This document shows, in pieces, positions 45,558 to 54,745 of a DNA stretch of 64,000 nt. The notes beneath the pieces were generated by a model. It was not told the DNA's origin. It saw only the letters and a list, made by a program, of their open reading frames with translations, and did no database searches. The translations under genes were made by a program, and so were the position numbers. The first letter of the stretch is position 1. Every line of letters starts with the position of its first letter. Source of the DNA: Candidatus Acidiferrum sp. (lineage in GTDB: Bacteria > Verrucomicrobiota > Verrucomicrobiia > Limisphaerales > UBA11358); assembly GCA_035506715.1 (NCBI GenBank), contig DATJOW010000204.1:2900-66899 (forward strand), in the 5' to 3' direction.

Positions 45558-46027
45558 CAATCCACGCTTGCCACGGCCATCGCGGCGATGCCCTCCTCCC
45601 GGCCGATGAACCCCATCTGCTCATTCGTGGTCGCTTTCACGCCGACTTGCTTTTCTGACACGCCCAAGGCGGCGGCGATGTTTTTTTTCATTTCGGCGAT
45701 GTGCGGATAAATTCTGGGCGCCTGCGCCACGACCGTCGCATCCACATTCACAATTTTGCCGCCGCGCGTGGCCGCCTGTTTGGCGGCTTGCTCCAGAAAA
45801 ATCCGGCTCGGCGCGCCCTTCCAGCGCGGGTCGGTGTTTGGGAAAAAATGGCCGATGTCCTCCTCGCCCAAAGCGCCAAGCACGGCGTCGCAAATCGCGT
45901 GCAGCAGCGCGTCGGCGTCCGAGTGACCGTCCAGCCCCTTGGCATGCGGGATTTCAACGCCGCCGAGGATGAGTTTGCGTCCGGCGACCAGCGCATGGAC
46001 GTCGTAGCCGATGCCAACGTGTACCAT
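45554..46027 (-). CDS. ispF: 2-C-methyl-D-erythritol 2,4-cyclodiphosphate synthase
   Basis: Trimmed to MVHVGIGYDVHALV at 46027. GHSDADALLHAICDAVLGA and the C-terminal region match IspF. Confidence 0.92.
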   Translation of the reverse strand: MVHVGIGYDVHALVAGRKLILGGVEIPHAKGLDGHSDADALLHAICDAVLGALGEEDIGHFFPNTDPRWKGAPSRIFLEQAAKQAATRGGKIVNVDATVVAQAPRIYPHIAEMKKNIAAALGVSEKQVGVKATTNEQMGFIGREEGIAAMAVASVDW

Positions 46028-46099
46028 GCGGAGGACTATAAAACTCCGACGCCGCGCGGCCAAGGCAATTTCCGCTCCGGCGGCCGGAGGCGAAGTGGG

Positions 46100-47296
46100 T
46101 TATCCGATCAACTGCGGTTGCACGCTGCCTTGGGCCTCCGGCAGCGTGAAGAAGAAAATGGCCCCCCGGCCCGGCTGGCTGCTGGCCCAGACCCGGCCGC
46201 CGTGGCTCTGCACGATGTGTTTGACGATGGACAACCCCAACCCGGTCCCGCCCTGCTCCCGCGACCGCGCCTTGTCCACCCGGTAAAACCGCTCGAACAC
46301 CCGGTCCAGCGCCTCGGGCGGAATGCCCGGGCCATCGTCCTGCACGAACAATTCGACTTTGCCGTCGTCGGTTTTTTTTCCGCTGACGGTGACCGTACCC
46401 TGCGCGCGTCCGTATTTGATGGCATTGTCCACCAGGTTGGCAAAGACCTGCTCCAGCCGGCTCGCGTCCGCCGTCACGGCCAGATCGGACAGGCCGTTGA
46501 CGAGGGTAACGCCCTTGGCGTCCGCCGGCGGTTTCAAATCAGCAAAGACCTTTTCCACGAGCGGGCGCAGTTCGACCGGCTGCAGGCTCAGCTTGATGCG
46601 CCCGGCTTCCAGCGCGGAGATGATGAGCAAATCCTGGATGAGCAGATCGAGCCGCTGCGCGTTGCGTTCGATGATCTTCAGGAAGCGTTCCGCGACCTCG
46701 GGATCGTTGCGCGCGCCATCCAGGAGGGTCTCGACGTAACCCTTGATGAGCGAGAGCGGCGTGCGCAACTCGTGGCTCACGTTGGCCACAAATTCCTCGC
46801 GCGTCCGTTCCAGCTGCTTCAGGCGCGTCAGATCGTGGAAGACCAGGATGGTGCCTTCGCGTTCGCCGGCGGAGTTGGAGATGGCGGCGGCGTTGACCTG
46901 GAGCCAGCGCTCGCTCAATTCCGGCAGCTTCAATTCGTAATCGAGCACCCGCCCGGCGCCTTCCACCCGTTCCACCAGGGCCGCGAGTTCATGGACGCGG
47001 AGAGCTTCCATGATGGTCTTGCCCCGCAGTTCCGTCTTCAGGCCGAACAACTCCTTGAACGCGCGGTTGGCGAGGTAAATCCGGCGATTGCGGTCGAGCA
47101 GGAGGAGTCCTTCCAGCATGCTGTTGAAGAGGACCTGCTGCTGCGCCTTGGCGTCCACCATTGTCTGGTGCTGCCGTTGTTGCCATTCCTCCAATTCCGC
47201 CTCGGCCTGCCGCTGCTGGCGGCGAAACTTTTGCCGCCACCCGAAGTGGATCCCGAGTGCGGCGGCAATGGCGACGATTGCAATGGCGGACCACAT
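46100..47296 (-). CDS. phoR: Sensor histidine kinase, PhoR-like (TM, PAS, HisKA, HATPase_c)
   Basis: 398 aa. It has an N-terminal TM helix, a PAS-like region, the H-box FVANVSHELRTPL, N-box NLVDNAIKY and G-boxes DDGPGI and GGTGLGLSIV. It lies immediately downstream of the OmpR-type regulator and near pst genes, so the symbol is assigned from context. Confidence 0.7.
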   Translation of the reverse strand: MWSAIAIVAIAAALGIHFGWRQKFRRQQRQAEAELEEWQQRQHQTMVDAKAQQQVLFNSMLEGLLLLDRNRRIYLANRAFKELFGLKTELRGKTIMEALRVHELAALVERVEGAGRVLDYELKLPELSERWLQVNAAAISNSAGEREGTILVFHDLTRLKQLERTREEFVANVSHELRTPLSLIKGYVETLLDGARNDPEVAERFLKIIERNAQRLDLLIQDLLIISALEAGRIKLSLQPVELRPLVEKVFADLKPPADAKGVTLVNGLSDLAVTADASRLEQVFANLVDNAIKYGRAQGTVTVSGKKTDDGKVELFVQDDGPGIPPEALDRVFERFYRVDKARSREQGGTGLGLSIVKHIVQSHGGRVWASSQPGRGAIFFFTLPEAQGSVQPQLIG

Positions 47297-47392
47297 GGTC
47301 AGAAGGCAGACGGAAGCATGCAGAATGCAGCTGTCAATCGCAAGCGGACAGGGCGGGGAAGCAGGGTTTCTTCATTCGGCTTTCGGCCTTCT

Positions 47393-48085
47393 TCATTCGA
47401 CAAACCGGTAGCCAACGCCGCGGACGGTGTCCAGATGCTTCGCGGCCGGCCCGAGCTTTTCGCGGAGACGGCGCATGTGGGTGTCCACCGTGCGCGTGTC
47501 GATCAGGCTGTCGTATTCCCAAACGTCCCGCAGCAGGGTGTCCCGGGATTGGACGCGGCCGGCCCGTTGCGCCAGCGTGGTGAGCAGCTTGAATTCAGTC
47601 GCCGTCAATTCAAACGGCTTGCCTTTCCAGCTCGCCACATGCCGCGGCACGTCGATCAACAGATCTCCAAACCGCAATTGCTCGCGCGGCTTTTCGGCAG
47701 GCTCGCCGCGGGCGAGGATTTTTTTGATGCGCAGCAGCAGCTCCCGCGGGCTGAACGGCTTGGTCAGGTAATCATCCGCCCCGAGCTCCAGTCCCAGCAC
47801 GCGGTCAATCTCCGCCGCCTTGGCCGTGAGCATGATGATGGGCACCTTGGCCGTGGTCGGATCCAGCCGCAGCGTCTTGCAGATTTCGAACCCGTCCATC
47901 TCCGGCAGCATCACATCCAGCACCACCAGGTCGGGCGTTTGCGAGCGCACTTTTTTGAGCGTTTCCGCGCCGTCCGCCGCCGTGGCTACGGCATAGCCGG
48001 CCTGCCGGAGGTTGAACTCGACGAGTTCAACTGCCTCCGGTTCGTCGTCCACCACCAAAATTCGCGGTTTCACCGTGCGTTGCAT
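47393..48085 (-). CDS. phoB: OmpR/PhoB-family response regulator
   Basis: Trimmed to MQRTVKPRILVVDDE at 48085 (231 aa). It has a REC domain (DLVVLDVMLPEMDGFEI, LTAK) and a winged-helix output (TLLRDVWEYDSLIDTRTVDTHMRRLREKL...VRGVGYRF). A consensus-like Pho box lies upstream. Confidence 0.8.
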   Translation of the reverse strand: MQRTVKPRILVVDDEPEAVELVEFNLRQAGYAVATAADGAETLKKVRSQTPDLVVLDVMLPEMDGFEICKTLRLDPTTAKVPIIMLTAKAAEIDRVLGLELGADDYLTKPFSPRELLLRIKKILARGEPAEKPREQLRFGDLLIDVPRHVASWKGKPFELTATEFKLLTTLAQRAGRVQSRDTLLRDVWEYDSLIDTRTVDTHMRRLREKLGPAAKHLDTVRGVGYRFVE

Positions 48086-48118
48086 AACACGGAGGACATC
48101 GTCACACAATTTCGGTTC

Positions 48119-48147
48119 TGTGACAACGCTGTGACAATTCGGTGACA
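48119..48147 (-). promoter_or_regulatory. Pho box upstream of phoB (TGTCACA-GCGT-TGTCACA plus a third half-site)
   Basis: The plus strand reads TGTGACA-ACGC-TGTGACA-ATTCG-GTGACA. On the phoB-coding strand this gives direct 7-bp repeats TGTCACA with a 4-bp spacer, the architecture and near-sequence of the E. coli PhoB box CTGTCAT-N4-CTGTCA(C/T). It lies 34-62 nt upstream of the ATG. Confidence 0.65.
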
Positions 48148-48262
48148 AAACCGCCGCCATGCAGTCAACGCGCGTCGCCGGCAGCAGGCAACCGCTTGCC
48201 CCGGCGCCGCTTGCCCCTTTTGCGCTTTCGCTGTGCCGGGCCATTTTGCTAGGCTCACCTTC

Positions 48263-49681
48263 ATGTCGCTCCCGGTAATCACCATCGCCCAGATGCGCCA
48301 ATGGGAACAAGCCACCTGGGCCGCTGGCCAGACCGAGGCCGAAGTCATCCGGCGGGTGGGCGCGGCCATCGCGCGGCGCGCATTGCAGCTCACGCGGCCC
48401 GGCGACGCCCTTTTGATCCTCGCCGGCAAGGGCCACAACGGCGCCGACGCCCGCGCCGCCCGGGAGTTGCTGGCGGGTCGCCGTGTCCAAACCCTCGAAC
48501 TGGTCGCACCGGAAGGCCGGCTGCCGGAACTAGGGCGGGCATTGGCGGAGAAGCCGGCGTTGATCATTGACGGCCTGTTCGGTATCGGCCTGGACCGGCC
48601 ATTGGCCGACGACTGGAAGCAAATCATCAGGACGATCAACGAGTCGAAGATTCCTGTCCTGGCGGTGGATGTCCCGTCGGGCCTGAATGCCGACACGGGT
48701 GAACCCGTGACCGCGGGGGTGGCGATTGCGGCGGAGGTGACATTGACCGTCGGTGCGCCGAAGGCCGGCTTGCTCGCGCACAATGCCTGGCCGTTTGTAG
48801 GCCGGCTCGAAGTGGCCGATGACGTGGGTTTGGGCCGGCTGCCAGGCGCCAGCAGCCTGCAATGGACCCTGGCCGCGGATTTTCAAAATTTTCCTTCGGC
48901 CCGACCGGCGGCCGGCCATAAGGGGGCCTTCGGACATCTGGGCATCGTGGCGGGTAGTTTTGGCTATCATGGGGCGGCGGTGTTGGCGGCGCGCGCAGCA
49001 CAACGGGCCCAGCCCGGCCTCATCACCCTGTTCACGCACGAACCGGCCTATCACGTCACCGCCTCCCAGTTGCAGGCGGTGATGGTCAACTTGTGGACGC
49101 CGGATTTACGCCCGCCGGACACTACCACCGCCATCTTGCTGGGCCCGGGACTGGCGGCGCCGGGCTTGTTCGACGTCATGTCGCATTTTACCCGGCGATT
49201 GTGGCGCGACTCGCTCTTCCCGGTCATCGTCGATGCCAGCACGCTGGACTGGCTTCCCCTCGGGGCAACGGCCCGCAACACCATCCGGGTGGTGACTCCG
49301 CATCCGGGCGAGGCGGCGCGGCTGCTGAACACCACCAAACAGCAGGTGCAACTGAACCGGCCACAGGCGGTGCGCGAAATTTCGCGGCGCTACGGCAATT
49401 GCTGGGTGGTATTGAAGGGGCACCAGACGCTGGTGGGGCGCAACGAAGGCGAAATTTTCGTGAATTCCTCCGGCAATCCGCATCTGGCACAGGGTGGCAG
49501 CGGCGATGTGCTGGCGGGGTACCTGGCCGGCTGGCTGGCGCAACGGTTGTCGCTGGACGATGTTGGACGGTTGATCCGCTTTGCGGTGTGGCAGCACGGC
49601 GCCGCCGCGGACCGGCTGCAGGCCACCCGGGCCAACTGGGTCGTGGAAGACCTGATCGACGAGCTGGGAAACACGCGTTGA
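48263..49681 (+). CDS. nnr: Bifunctional NAD(P)H-hydrate repair enzyme (epimerase / ADP-dependent dehydratase)
   Basis: Trimmed to MSLPVITIAQMRQWE at 48263. The N-terminal YjeF_N part has LILAGKGHNGADA and DGLFGIGL. The C-terminal carbohydrate-kinase-like part has GHKGAFGHLGIVAGS and GGSGDVLAG. Confidence 0.88.
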   Translation: MSLPVITIAQMRQWEQATWAAGQTEAEVIRRVGAAIARRALQLTRPGDALLILAGKGHNGADARAARELLAGRRVQTLELVAPEGRLPELGRALAEKPALIIDGLFGIGLDRPLADDWKQIIRTINESKIPVLAVDVPSGLNADTGEPVTAGVAIAAEVTLTVGAPKAGLLAHNAWPFVGRLEVADDVGLGRLPGASSLQWTLAADFQNFPSARPAAGHKGAFGHLGIVAGSFGYHGAAVLAARAAQRAQPGLITLFTHEPAYHVTASQLQAVMVNLWTPDLRPPDTTTAILLGPGLAAPGLFDVMSHFTRRLWRDSLFPVIVDASTLDWLPLGATARNTIRVVTPHPGEAARLLNTTKQQVQLNRPQAVREISRRYGNCWVVLKGHQTLVGRNEGEIFVNSSGNPHLAQGGSGDVLAGYLAGWLAQRLSLDDVGRLIRFAVWQHGAAADRLQATRANWVVEDLIDELGNTR

Positions 49682-49706
49682 ATTTGCTTTCGCGGTCTTC
49701 GGGGAT

Positions 49707-50678
49707 TTGGTAAACGTATCGCTCGTGCACAGAATCATCTGGATCATTCTTGGTTTCTGGCTTTGTGGGCTGCTCGGAGCTGTCGGCGCGGAGACGTATG
49801 CCCTGACCGACGGGACTTCCATTACCGGCGATGTGATTTCCTACAATGACAACGGCATTGTTTTCCGGTTGGACGTGGACAAATACTCTGAACGGGTGCC
49901 GTGGACGAAGCTGTCGCAGGATGCTCTGAAACAGCTGTCGGCGAACCCGAAGATCCGGCTGCTCGCCGAGCCATTTATCGAAACCCCGCCGGTGCAGCGC
50001 GTCAAAAAGGTGGTGGTGAAAAACGTGAATGAAGTGTCGCGCCTGCAGTTGCCACCCGAGCGGCCTTCCCTGCTGCGCGCCCTGTTTTCGTCACCCATCG
50101 GACTGGTGTCGCTGATGTTGATTTACGCGGCGAACATCTTCGCCGGTTACGAAATAGCCGTGGTGCGGGCGCGGCCTTTGGCGATGGTGATGGGCGCGGC
50201 GGTGGTGCTGCCGATTCTGGGTCCTTTGATTTTCCTGGTGCTGCCCGTGCCGGCGGAACCGGTGGAAGCGGTGGCGGCCCAGCCCATGACCGCATCGCAA
50301 ACGTTTGCCGTGCCAAGTTCCGCCCAGCCGTCGGCGGCCGGCATTCATATCGTCGAGGCTTCCTGGCAGGGCAAACCGGCGACGGCGCCGGCCGCCGGTG
50401 CCAATGAGCCCCAGATTTTCCAGCGCGGACAGTTCACGTTCAACCGGCGCTTTTTTGAGACCAAATTCTCCGGTTTCTTTCCCATCGTCCGGCGCGAATC
50501 CGAAAAGAACCTGGTGCTGACCGTCAAAACCGGACGTGCCAACTTCATCGTTGAGCGCATCACGCGCATCACCACCAACGAAATGCACGTGGAAACCAAC
50601 ACCGGCGGAAACAAGCAGGAGGTCATGATCCCGTTTGCCGAGGTGGTCGAAGTCCAACTCAAATCCAAAGCCGCGTGA
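49707..50678 (+). CDS. Hypothetical membrane protein
   Basis: 323-aa ORF with a non-ATG (TTG) start as listed; the true start is uncertain. It has an N-terminal signal/anchor, two central hydrophobic segments and a C-terminal soluble domain. Its stop overlaps the GTG start of adk (GTGA). Confidence 0.55.
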   Translation: MVNVSLVHRIIWIILGFWLCGLLGAVGAETYALTDGTSITGDVISYNDNGIVFRLDVDKYSERVPWTKLSQDALKQLSANPKIRLLAEPFIETPPVQRVKKVVVKNVNEVSRLQLPPERPSLLRALFSSPIGLVSLMLIYAANIFAGYEIAVVRARPLAMVMGAAVVLPILGPLIFLVLPVPAEPVEAVAAQPMTASQTFAVPSSAQPSAAGIHIVEASWQGKPATAPAAGANEPQIFQRGQFTFNRRFFETKFSGFFPIVRRESEKNLVLTVKTGRANFIVERITRITTNEMHVETNTGGNKQEVMIPFAEVVEVQLKSKAA

Positions 50679-51256
50679 AGTACCGCAGCCTCCTCTTGTT
50701 TGGCGCGCCCGGTTCGGGCAAAGGCACCCAGGGAAAAATTCTCGGCACCATCCCGCATTTCTTTCACTGCGCCTGCGGCGACGTCTTCCGCAACCTCCGG
50801 ACCGACAGCGAGCTGGGCCGGATTTTCGTCGAATATTCCAGCCGCGGCCAGCTCGTGCCGGATGAAACCACCGTCGCTCTCTGGCGCGACTCCATCGGCA
50901 AAACCATCGCCGCCGGCCGGTTTCATCCGGACGAGGACACGCTGGTGCTCGATGGCATTCCGCGCAACGTCGCCCAGGCGGAAATGTTGAGCGACACGCT
51001 GGACGTGGCGGGCGTCTATTATTTGCGCTCGCTCAACCCGGAAAATCTGGTGGACCGCATCCAGCGCCGCGCGCTCAAGGAAAACCGCCTGGATGACGCG
51101 AACCTCGACGTCATCCGCCATCGGCTCAAGACCTACGAGAAGGAAACCAAGCCCCTGCTCAAGTTCTACGGCCGGCACCTGGTACATAAGATCGATGCGG
51201 ACCAGACGCCGGTCGAGGTTCTCGCCGATATCCTGCGCCTCGCTGTCCGGCATTAA
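50675..51256 (+). CDS. adk: Adenylate kinase (short-lid type)
   Basis: 193 aa. The P-loop LLFGAPGSGKGTQGK and GQLVPDETT, LDGIPRNVAQAE and RLKTYEKETKPLL are present. A GTG start is inferred. Confidence 0.85.
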   Translation: MKYRSLLLFGAPGSGKGTQGKILGTIPHFFHCACGDVFRNLRTDSELGRIFVEYSSRGQLVPDETTVALWRDSIGKTIAAGRFHPDEDTLVLDGIPRNVAQAEMLSDTLDVAGVYYLRSLNPENLVDRIQRRALKENRLDDANLDVIRHRLKTYEKETKPLLKFYGRHLVHKIDADQTPVEVLADILRLAVRH

Positions 51257-51307
51257 GCGCGAGACTTTTTCCTTTCGTCCGCGCCGGTTTTCCCTTTGGC
51301 TGTCCGC

Positions 51308-52291
51308 ATGACGGTCTTGCGCATCCTGTTCATGGGCACGGCGGAATTGTCCTGCGCCAGCCTTGCTGCGCTGGCGGACGATGCGCGGTTCCGCGTGACC
51401 GCCGTCGTCACGCAACCGGACAAACCCAGGGGCCGCGATCTCAAATCGCAGCCGTCGCCGGTCAAAACCCTCGCTCTAAAACTGGGCATGTCCGTCCTGC
51501 AACCCGCGCGCGCCCGGGATGAAACGTTCCTTGCCGGATTGCGGGAGCACAATCCGGACCTGATTGTGGTGGTCGCTTACGGGCAGATTTTGCCGCCGGC
51601 GATTTTGGCGCTGCCGCGGCACGGCTGCCTGAATGTCCACACCTCGCTCCTGCCGAAATACCGCGGCGCGGCACCGATTCAATGGGCCATTGCCAACGGC
51701 GACGCCGAAACCGGGGTGACCATCATGAAAATGGATGCCGGGCTTGACACCGGCCCGATTTTGTCCCAGCGCCGGACGCCGATTTCGACGGAGGATGATT
51801 CGCAAACGCTCCACGACCGGCTGGCACGGTTGGGCGCGGCACTTCTGTTGGAAACCATTCCGGATTTTGTCGCCGGGAAAACCCAACCGGTGCCGCAACC
51901 GGCGGAGGGGGTGAGTTACGCGGCCAAAATCAAAAAGGAGGATGGCCGCGTTGACTGGAACCAGCCGGCGCAAGTGATTTTAAACCGGCTCAGGGCCTTC
52001 ACGCCCTGGCCGGGCGCGTTCACCTTTTTGCGGAACGCCGAGCATGGCTCGGCCGGCGGAGCGATGCTCCGCGCTCCCAAACCGCAGTTGCTTAAAATCT
52101 GGAAGGCCGAGGTGGTGGGCCAAGCTGGACAACCCGGCGCCGTTTTGTCTGTGGACAAAACCGGCATTATCGTAGGGTGCGGCCAGGATGCGCTTATGGT
52201 TTTTGAGTTGCAGCGTGAAGGCGGCAAACGTTTGACCGCGGAACAATTTCTCGCTGGTTACCCGCTCCGCCCCGGACAGAAATTTGATTAG
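51308..52291 (+). CDS. fmt: Methionyl-tRNA formyltransferase
   Basis: Trimmed to MTVLRILFMGTAELS at 51308. QPDKPRGRDLK, NVHTSLLPKYRGAAPIQWAI and VTIMKMDAGLDTGPIL are Fmt hallmarks. Confidence 0.93.
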   Translation: MTVLRILFMGTAELSCASLAALADDARFRVTAVVTQPDKPRGRDLKSQPSPVKTLALKLGMSVLQPARARDETFLAGLREHNPDLIVVVAYGQILPPAILALPRHGCLNVHTSLLPKYRGAAPIQWAIANGDAETGVTIMKMDAGLDTGPILSQRRTPISTEDDSQTLHDRLARLGAALLLETIPDFVAGKTQPVPQPAEGVSYAAKIKKEDGRVDWNQPAQVILNRLRAFTPWPGAFTFLRNAEHGSAGGAMLRAPKPQLLKIWKAEVVGQAGQPGAVLSVDKTGIIVGCGQDALMVFELQREGGKRLTAEQFLAGYPLRPGQKFD

Positions 52292-52737
52292 CGCGGTTTC
52301 ACTGCATCGCGCAACCCGGCGGCGTAAGCCTCGAACACCCGGCGCATCTCGTCGCGCACGCGGCGGAAGGTCGCCAGAAGTTCGTCCTCGCTGCCGGTGG
52401 TTTTGACCGGGTCGTCAAACGGCCAGTGGTGCCGGTTCACCTGGCCCGGGAAAATCGGACAGGCCTGGTCCGCGTGACCGCAGACCGTGATGACGGTGTA
52501 GACCGGCTGTTCCAGAAACTCTTTCAAGGACTTCGATCGGTGGCCGGAGATGTCAATGCCCGTTTCGGCCATGACCCGGACGGCCAGCGGATGCACCAAA
52601 CCGGCCGGCTTTGACCCGGCGCTGTGCACGTTGATGTGGTCGCCTGCTGCCGCGCGCAGGAAACCTTCCGCCATCTGGCTGCGGCATGAATTGCCGGTGC
52701 ACAGAATGAGGACGGTGGGTTTGGTATTCGTGTTCAT
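52288..52737 (-). CDS. arsC: Arsenate reductase, LMW-PTP (thioredoxin-coupled) type
   Basis: Trimmed to MNTNTKPTVLILCTGNSCRSQMAEG (CX5R P-loop) at 52737, with downstream Cys in VCGHADQACP. Its stop overlaps the fmt stop (convergent). Its start overlaps the acr3 stop. Confidence 0.88.
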   Translation of the reverse strand: MNTNTKPTVLILCTGNSCRSQMAEGFLRAAAGDHINVHSAGSKPAGLVHPLAVRVMAETGIDISGHRSKSLKEFLEQPVYTVITVCGHADQACPIFPGQVNRHHWPFDDPVKTTGSEDELLATFRRVRDEMRRVFEAYAAGLRDAVKPR

Positions 52738-53828
52738 GCGTCTGGCTTTGGATTTTGAAACGCCAAAAGCCCGGTTTGATACCAATCGTGCGAGCGGTTG
52801 CAGACGGTGCAGACCGAAAGCATCACCGGTACTTCCACCAGCACGCCGACGACCGTTGCCAGCGCCGCCGGGGAATCCGCGCCGAACAGCGTGATGGCCA
52901 CGGCCACGGCCAGCTCGAAAAAATTGCTCGCGCCGATGAGCGAACCGGGCGCGGCGACGTTATGCTCCACGCGCAACTGCCGCATGAGCAGATAGGTCAG
53001 GCCGGAATTGAAATACACCTGGATGACAATCGGCACGGCGATGAGCAGAACGGCGAACCAGCGAGTCGTCAGGTTCTTTGACTGGAAGGCAAAAATCAGC
53101 ACCAGCGTCAGCAGCAACGCCCCGATCATCACCGGATGAAATTTCGGCAGGAAGTTTTTCTCAAACCAGTCCGGGCCATGCGATTTCAGCAGCATTGTCC
53201 GCGTGAGCCAGCCCGCCGCCAGCGGAATCACGATGAACACAATGACCGATATAATGAGCACTTTGGCCGGCACGACGACGTGCGCCACACCGCAGAGAAA
53301 CATCACGATGGGTGCAAAGGCGAACAGCATGATAAGGTCATTCACCGCCACCTGGACCAGCGTGTAGGTGGGGTCGCCATCGGTCAGATACGACCAGACA
53401 AAGACCATCGCGGTGCAGGGTGCAGCGGCGAGTATGGTGAGGCCGGCGGTGTAATTCTTTGCGGTTTCCGGTTCAATCCACGCGGCAAAGACGTGCTGCA
53501 TGAAAATCCACGCGAGCAAAGCCATGCTGAACGGCTTGATGAGCCAGTTGACGAACAGCGTGACGGCCAAGCCTTTTGGTTTGCGCGCAATGCCGCCGAT
53601 GGCGCTGAAATCCACCTTGAGCATCATCGGATAGATCATCAGCCACAGCAGCACGCCGATGGGAATGTTCACCTGCGAGCCCTGGCCGAATTCCATTTTG
53701 CTCAACGCTGCCGTCAAATCCGGCAATAGCTTTCCCAGCGCGACTCCGCCAACCATGCACAGAAACACCCAGATGGTCAGGTAACGCTCGAAAAACGCCA
53801 GGCGCTTTGGTTTTACAATTTCAGACAC
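52734..53828 (-). CDS. acr3: ACR3-family arsenite efflux transporter
   Basis: 364 aa. LAFFERYLTIWVFLCMVGGVALG and about 10 TM segments are typical of Acr3/ArsB(ACR3). Confidence 0.9.
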   Translation of the reverse strand: MSEIVKPKRLAFFERYLTIWVFLCMVGGVALGKLLPDLTAALSKMEFGQGSQVNIPIGVLLWLMIYPMMLKVDFSAIGGIARKPKGLAVTLFVNWLIKPFSMALLAWIFMQHVFAAWIEPETAKNYTAGLTILAAAPCTAMVFVWSYLTDGDPTYTLVQVAVNDLIMLFAFAPIVMFLCGVAHVVVPAKVLIISVIVFIVIPLAAGWLTRTMLLKSHGPDWFEKNFLPKFHPVMIGALLLTLVLIFAFQSKNLTTRWFAVLLIAVPIVIQVYFNSGLTYLLMRQLRVEHNVAAPGSLIGASNFFELAVAVAITLFGADSPAALATVVGVLVEVPVMLSVCTVCNRSHDWYQTGLLAFQNPKPDA

Positions 53829-53878
53829 GAATCAAATCCCTGGGCAATCGGTTCTGGTCACTGGTCCCGTATCACTCG

Positions 53879-54742
53879 TCATGCCTTGGGCTTTCGGGCC
53901 TTCACTTCGAGGCTGGTGACGAAATCGCCGATGTCGGTGCGGGCCGGCAGGTGTTCGGCAATGTTCCGGTAAAGCGGATCGTTCCAGTCGGACTTGGCTT
54001 TGAGGTAATCTGACTTTCGGGTGAGGACGAGGTCCGTCAACCCGGCTTCGCGCGCCATCCGTTCAGTTTCGCTCACCAGTACGGCGCCGGCAATGCAGCC
54101 GACCCTGGCTTCGACCATCTCGCGTACGGCCTGGGGCAGGGGACGCAACAGCGCCAGATCGGAAACGGCGACGCGTCCGCCCGGTTTCAGCACGCGCGCC
54201 ATCTCGCGCCAGACCTGCGGTTTGTCGGGTGACAGGTTGATGACGCAATTGGAGATGATGGCGTCCACGCTGTTGTCGGCCACGGGCAGATGCTCGATTT
54301 CCCCGAGTCGGAATTCGACATTATCCAGTCCGGTTTGCTGGCGATAACCGGCGGTGTTGCGACGCGCCTTGGCCAGCATTTCCGGGGTCATGTCCACCCC
54401 AATGGCGCGGCCGGTGGCGCCGACCTTGCGGCCGGCGATGAACACATCGAAGCCGCCGCCGCTGCCCAGGTCGAGCACCACGTCGCCGGTGTTGAGTGCG
54501 GCGAGCGCGGCCGGATTCCCACAGGACAGGCCCATGTTCGCTCCGTCAGGTAAAGTTTTGAGTTCCTCGACAGAATAACCGAGTTCGCGGGCCAGTCGGT
54601 CGGCGTCCGCCGGGGCGGAGCCGCAGCAGGAAACGCCCGGTCCGCAGCCACCGGGGGAGGTATCCTGTGCGATTTTGGCATACCCTTCGCGCACCATCCG
54701 GCGCACGGATTCGTTCTGTTCTTCAGTCAGGGGCGATTTCAT
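53879..54742 (-). CDS. arsM: Arsenite S-adenosylmethionine methyltransferase
   Basis: 287 aa. The N-terminal Cys cluster [11 protein letters not shown], the SAM motif [11 protein letters not shown] and the conserved Cys in GLSCGNP fit ArsM. Confidence 0.85.
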   Translation of the reverse strand: MKSPLTEEQNESVRRMVREGYAKIAQDTSPGGCGPGVSCCGSAPADADRLARELGYSVEELKTLPDGANMGLSCGNPAALAALNTGDVVLDLGSGGGFDVFIAGRKVGATGRAIGVDMTPEMLAKARRNTAGYRQQTGLDNVEFRLGEIEHLPVADNSVDAIISNCVINLSPDKPQVWREMARVLKPGGRVAVSDLALLRPLPQAVREMVEARVGCIAGAVLVSETERMAREAGLTDLVLTRKSDYLKAKSDWNDPLYRNIAEHLPARTDIGDFVTSLEVKARKPKA

Positions 54743-54745
54743 AAA

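Noticed and set aside
45701-48145. Very long ORFs on the strand opposite to confidently annotated genes. Examples: 45701..48145 (814 aa), 31058..33127 (689 aa), 19772..21268 (498 aa), 62077..63279 (400 aa), 41795..42970 (391 aa) and 17017..18075 (352 aa).
   Set aside because: They are Arg/Gly/Ala/Pro-rich with no recognisable motifs, and each lies antisense to a gene with strong family signatures. That is the usual stop-codon-poor antisense-frame artefact of GC-rich DNA.
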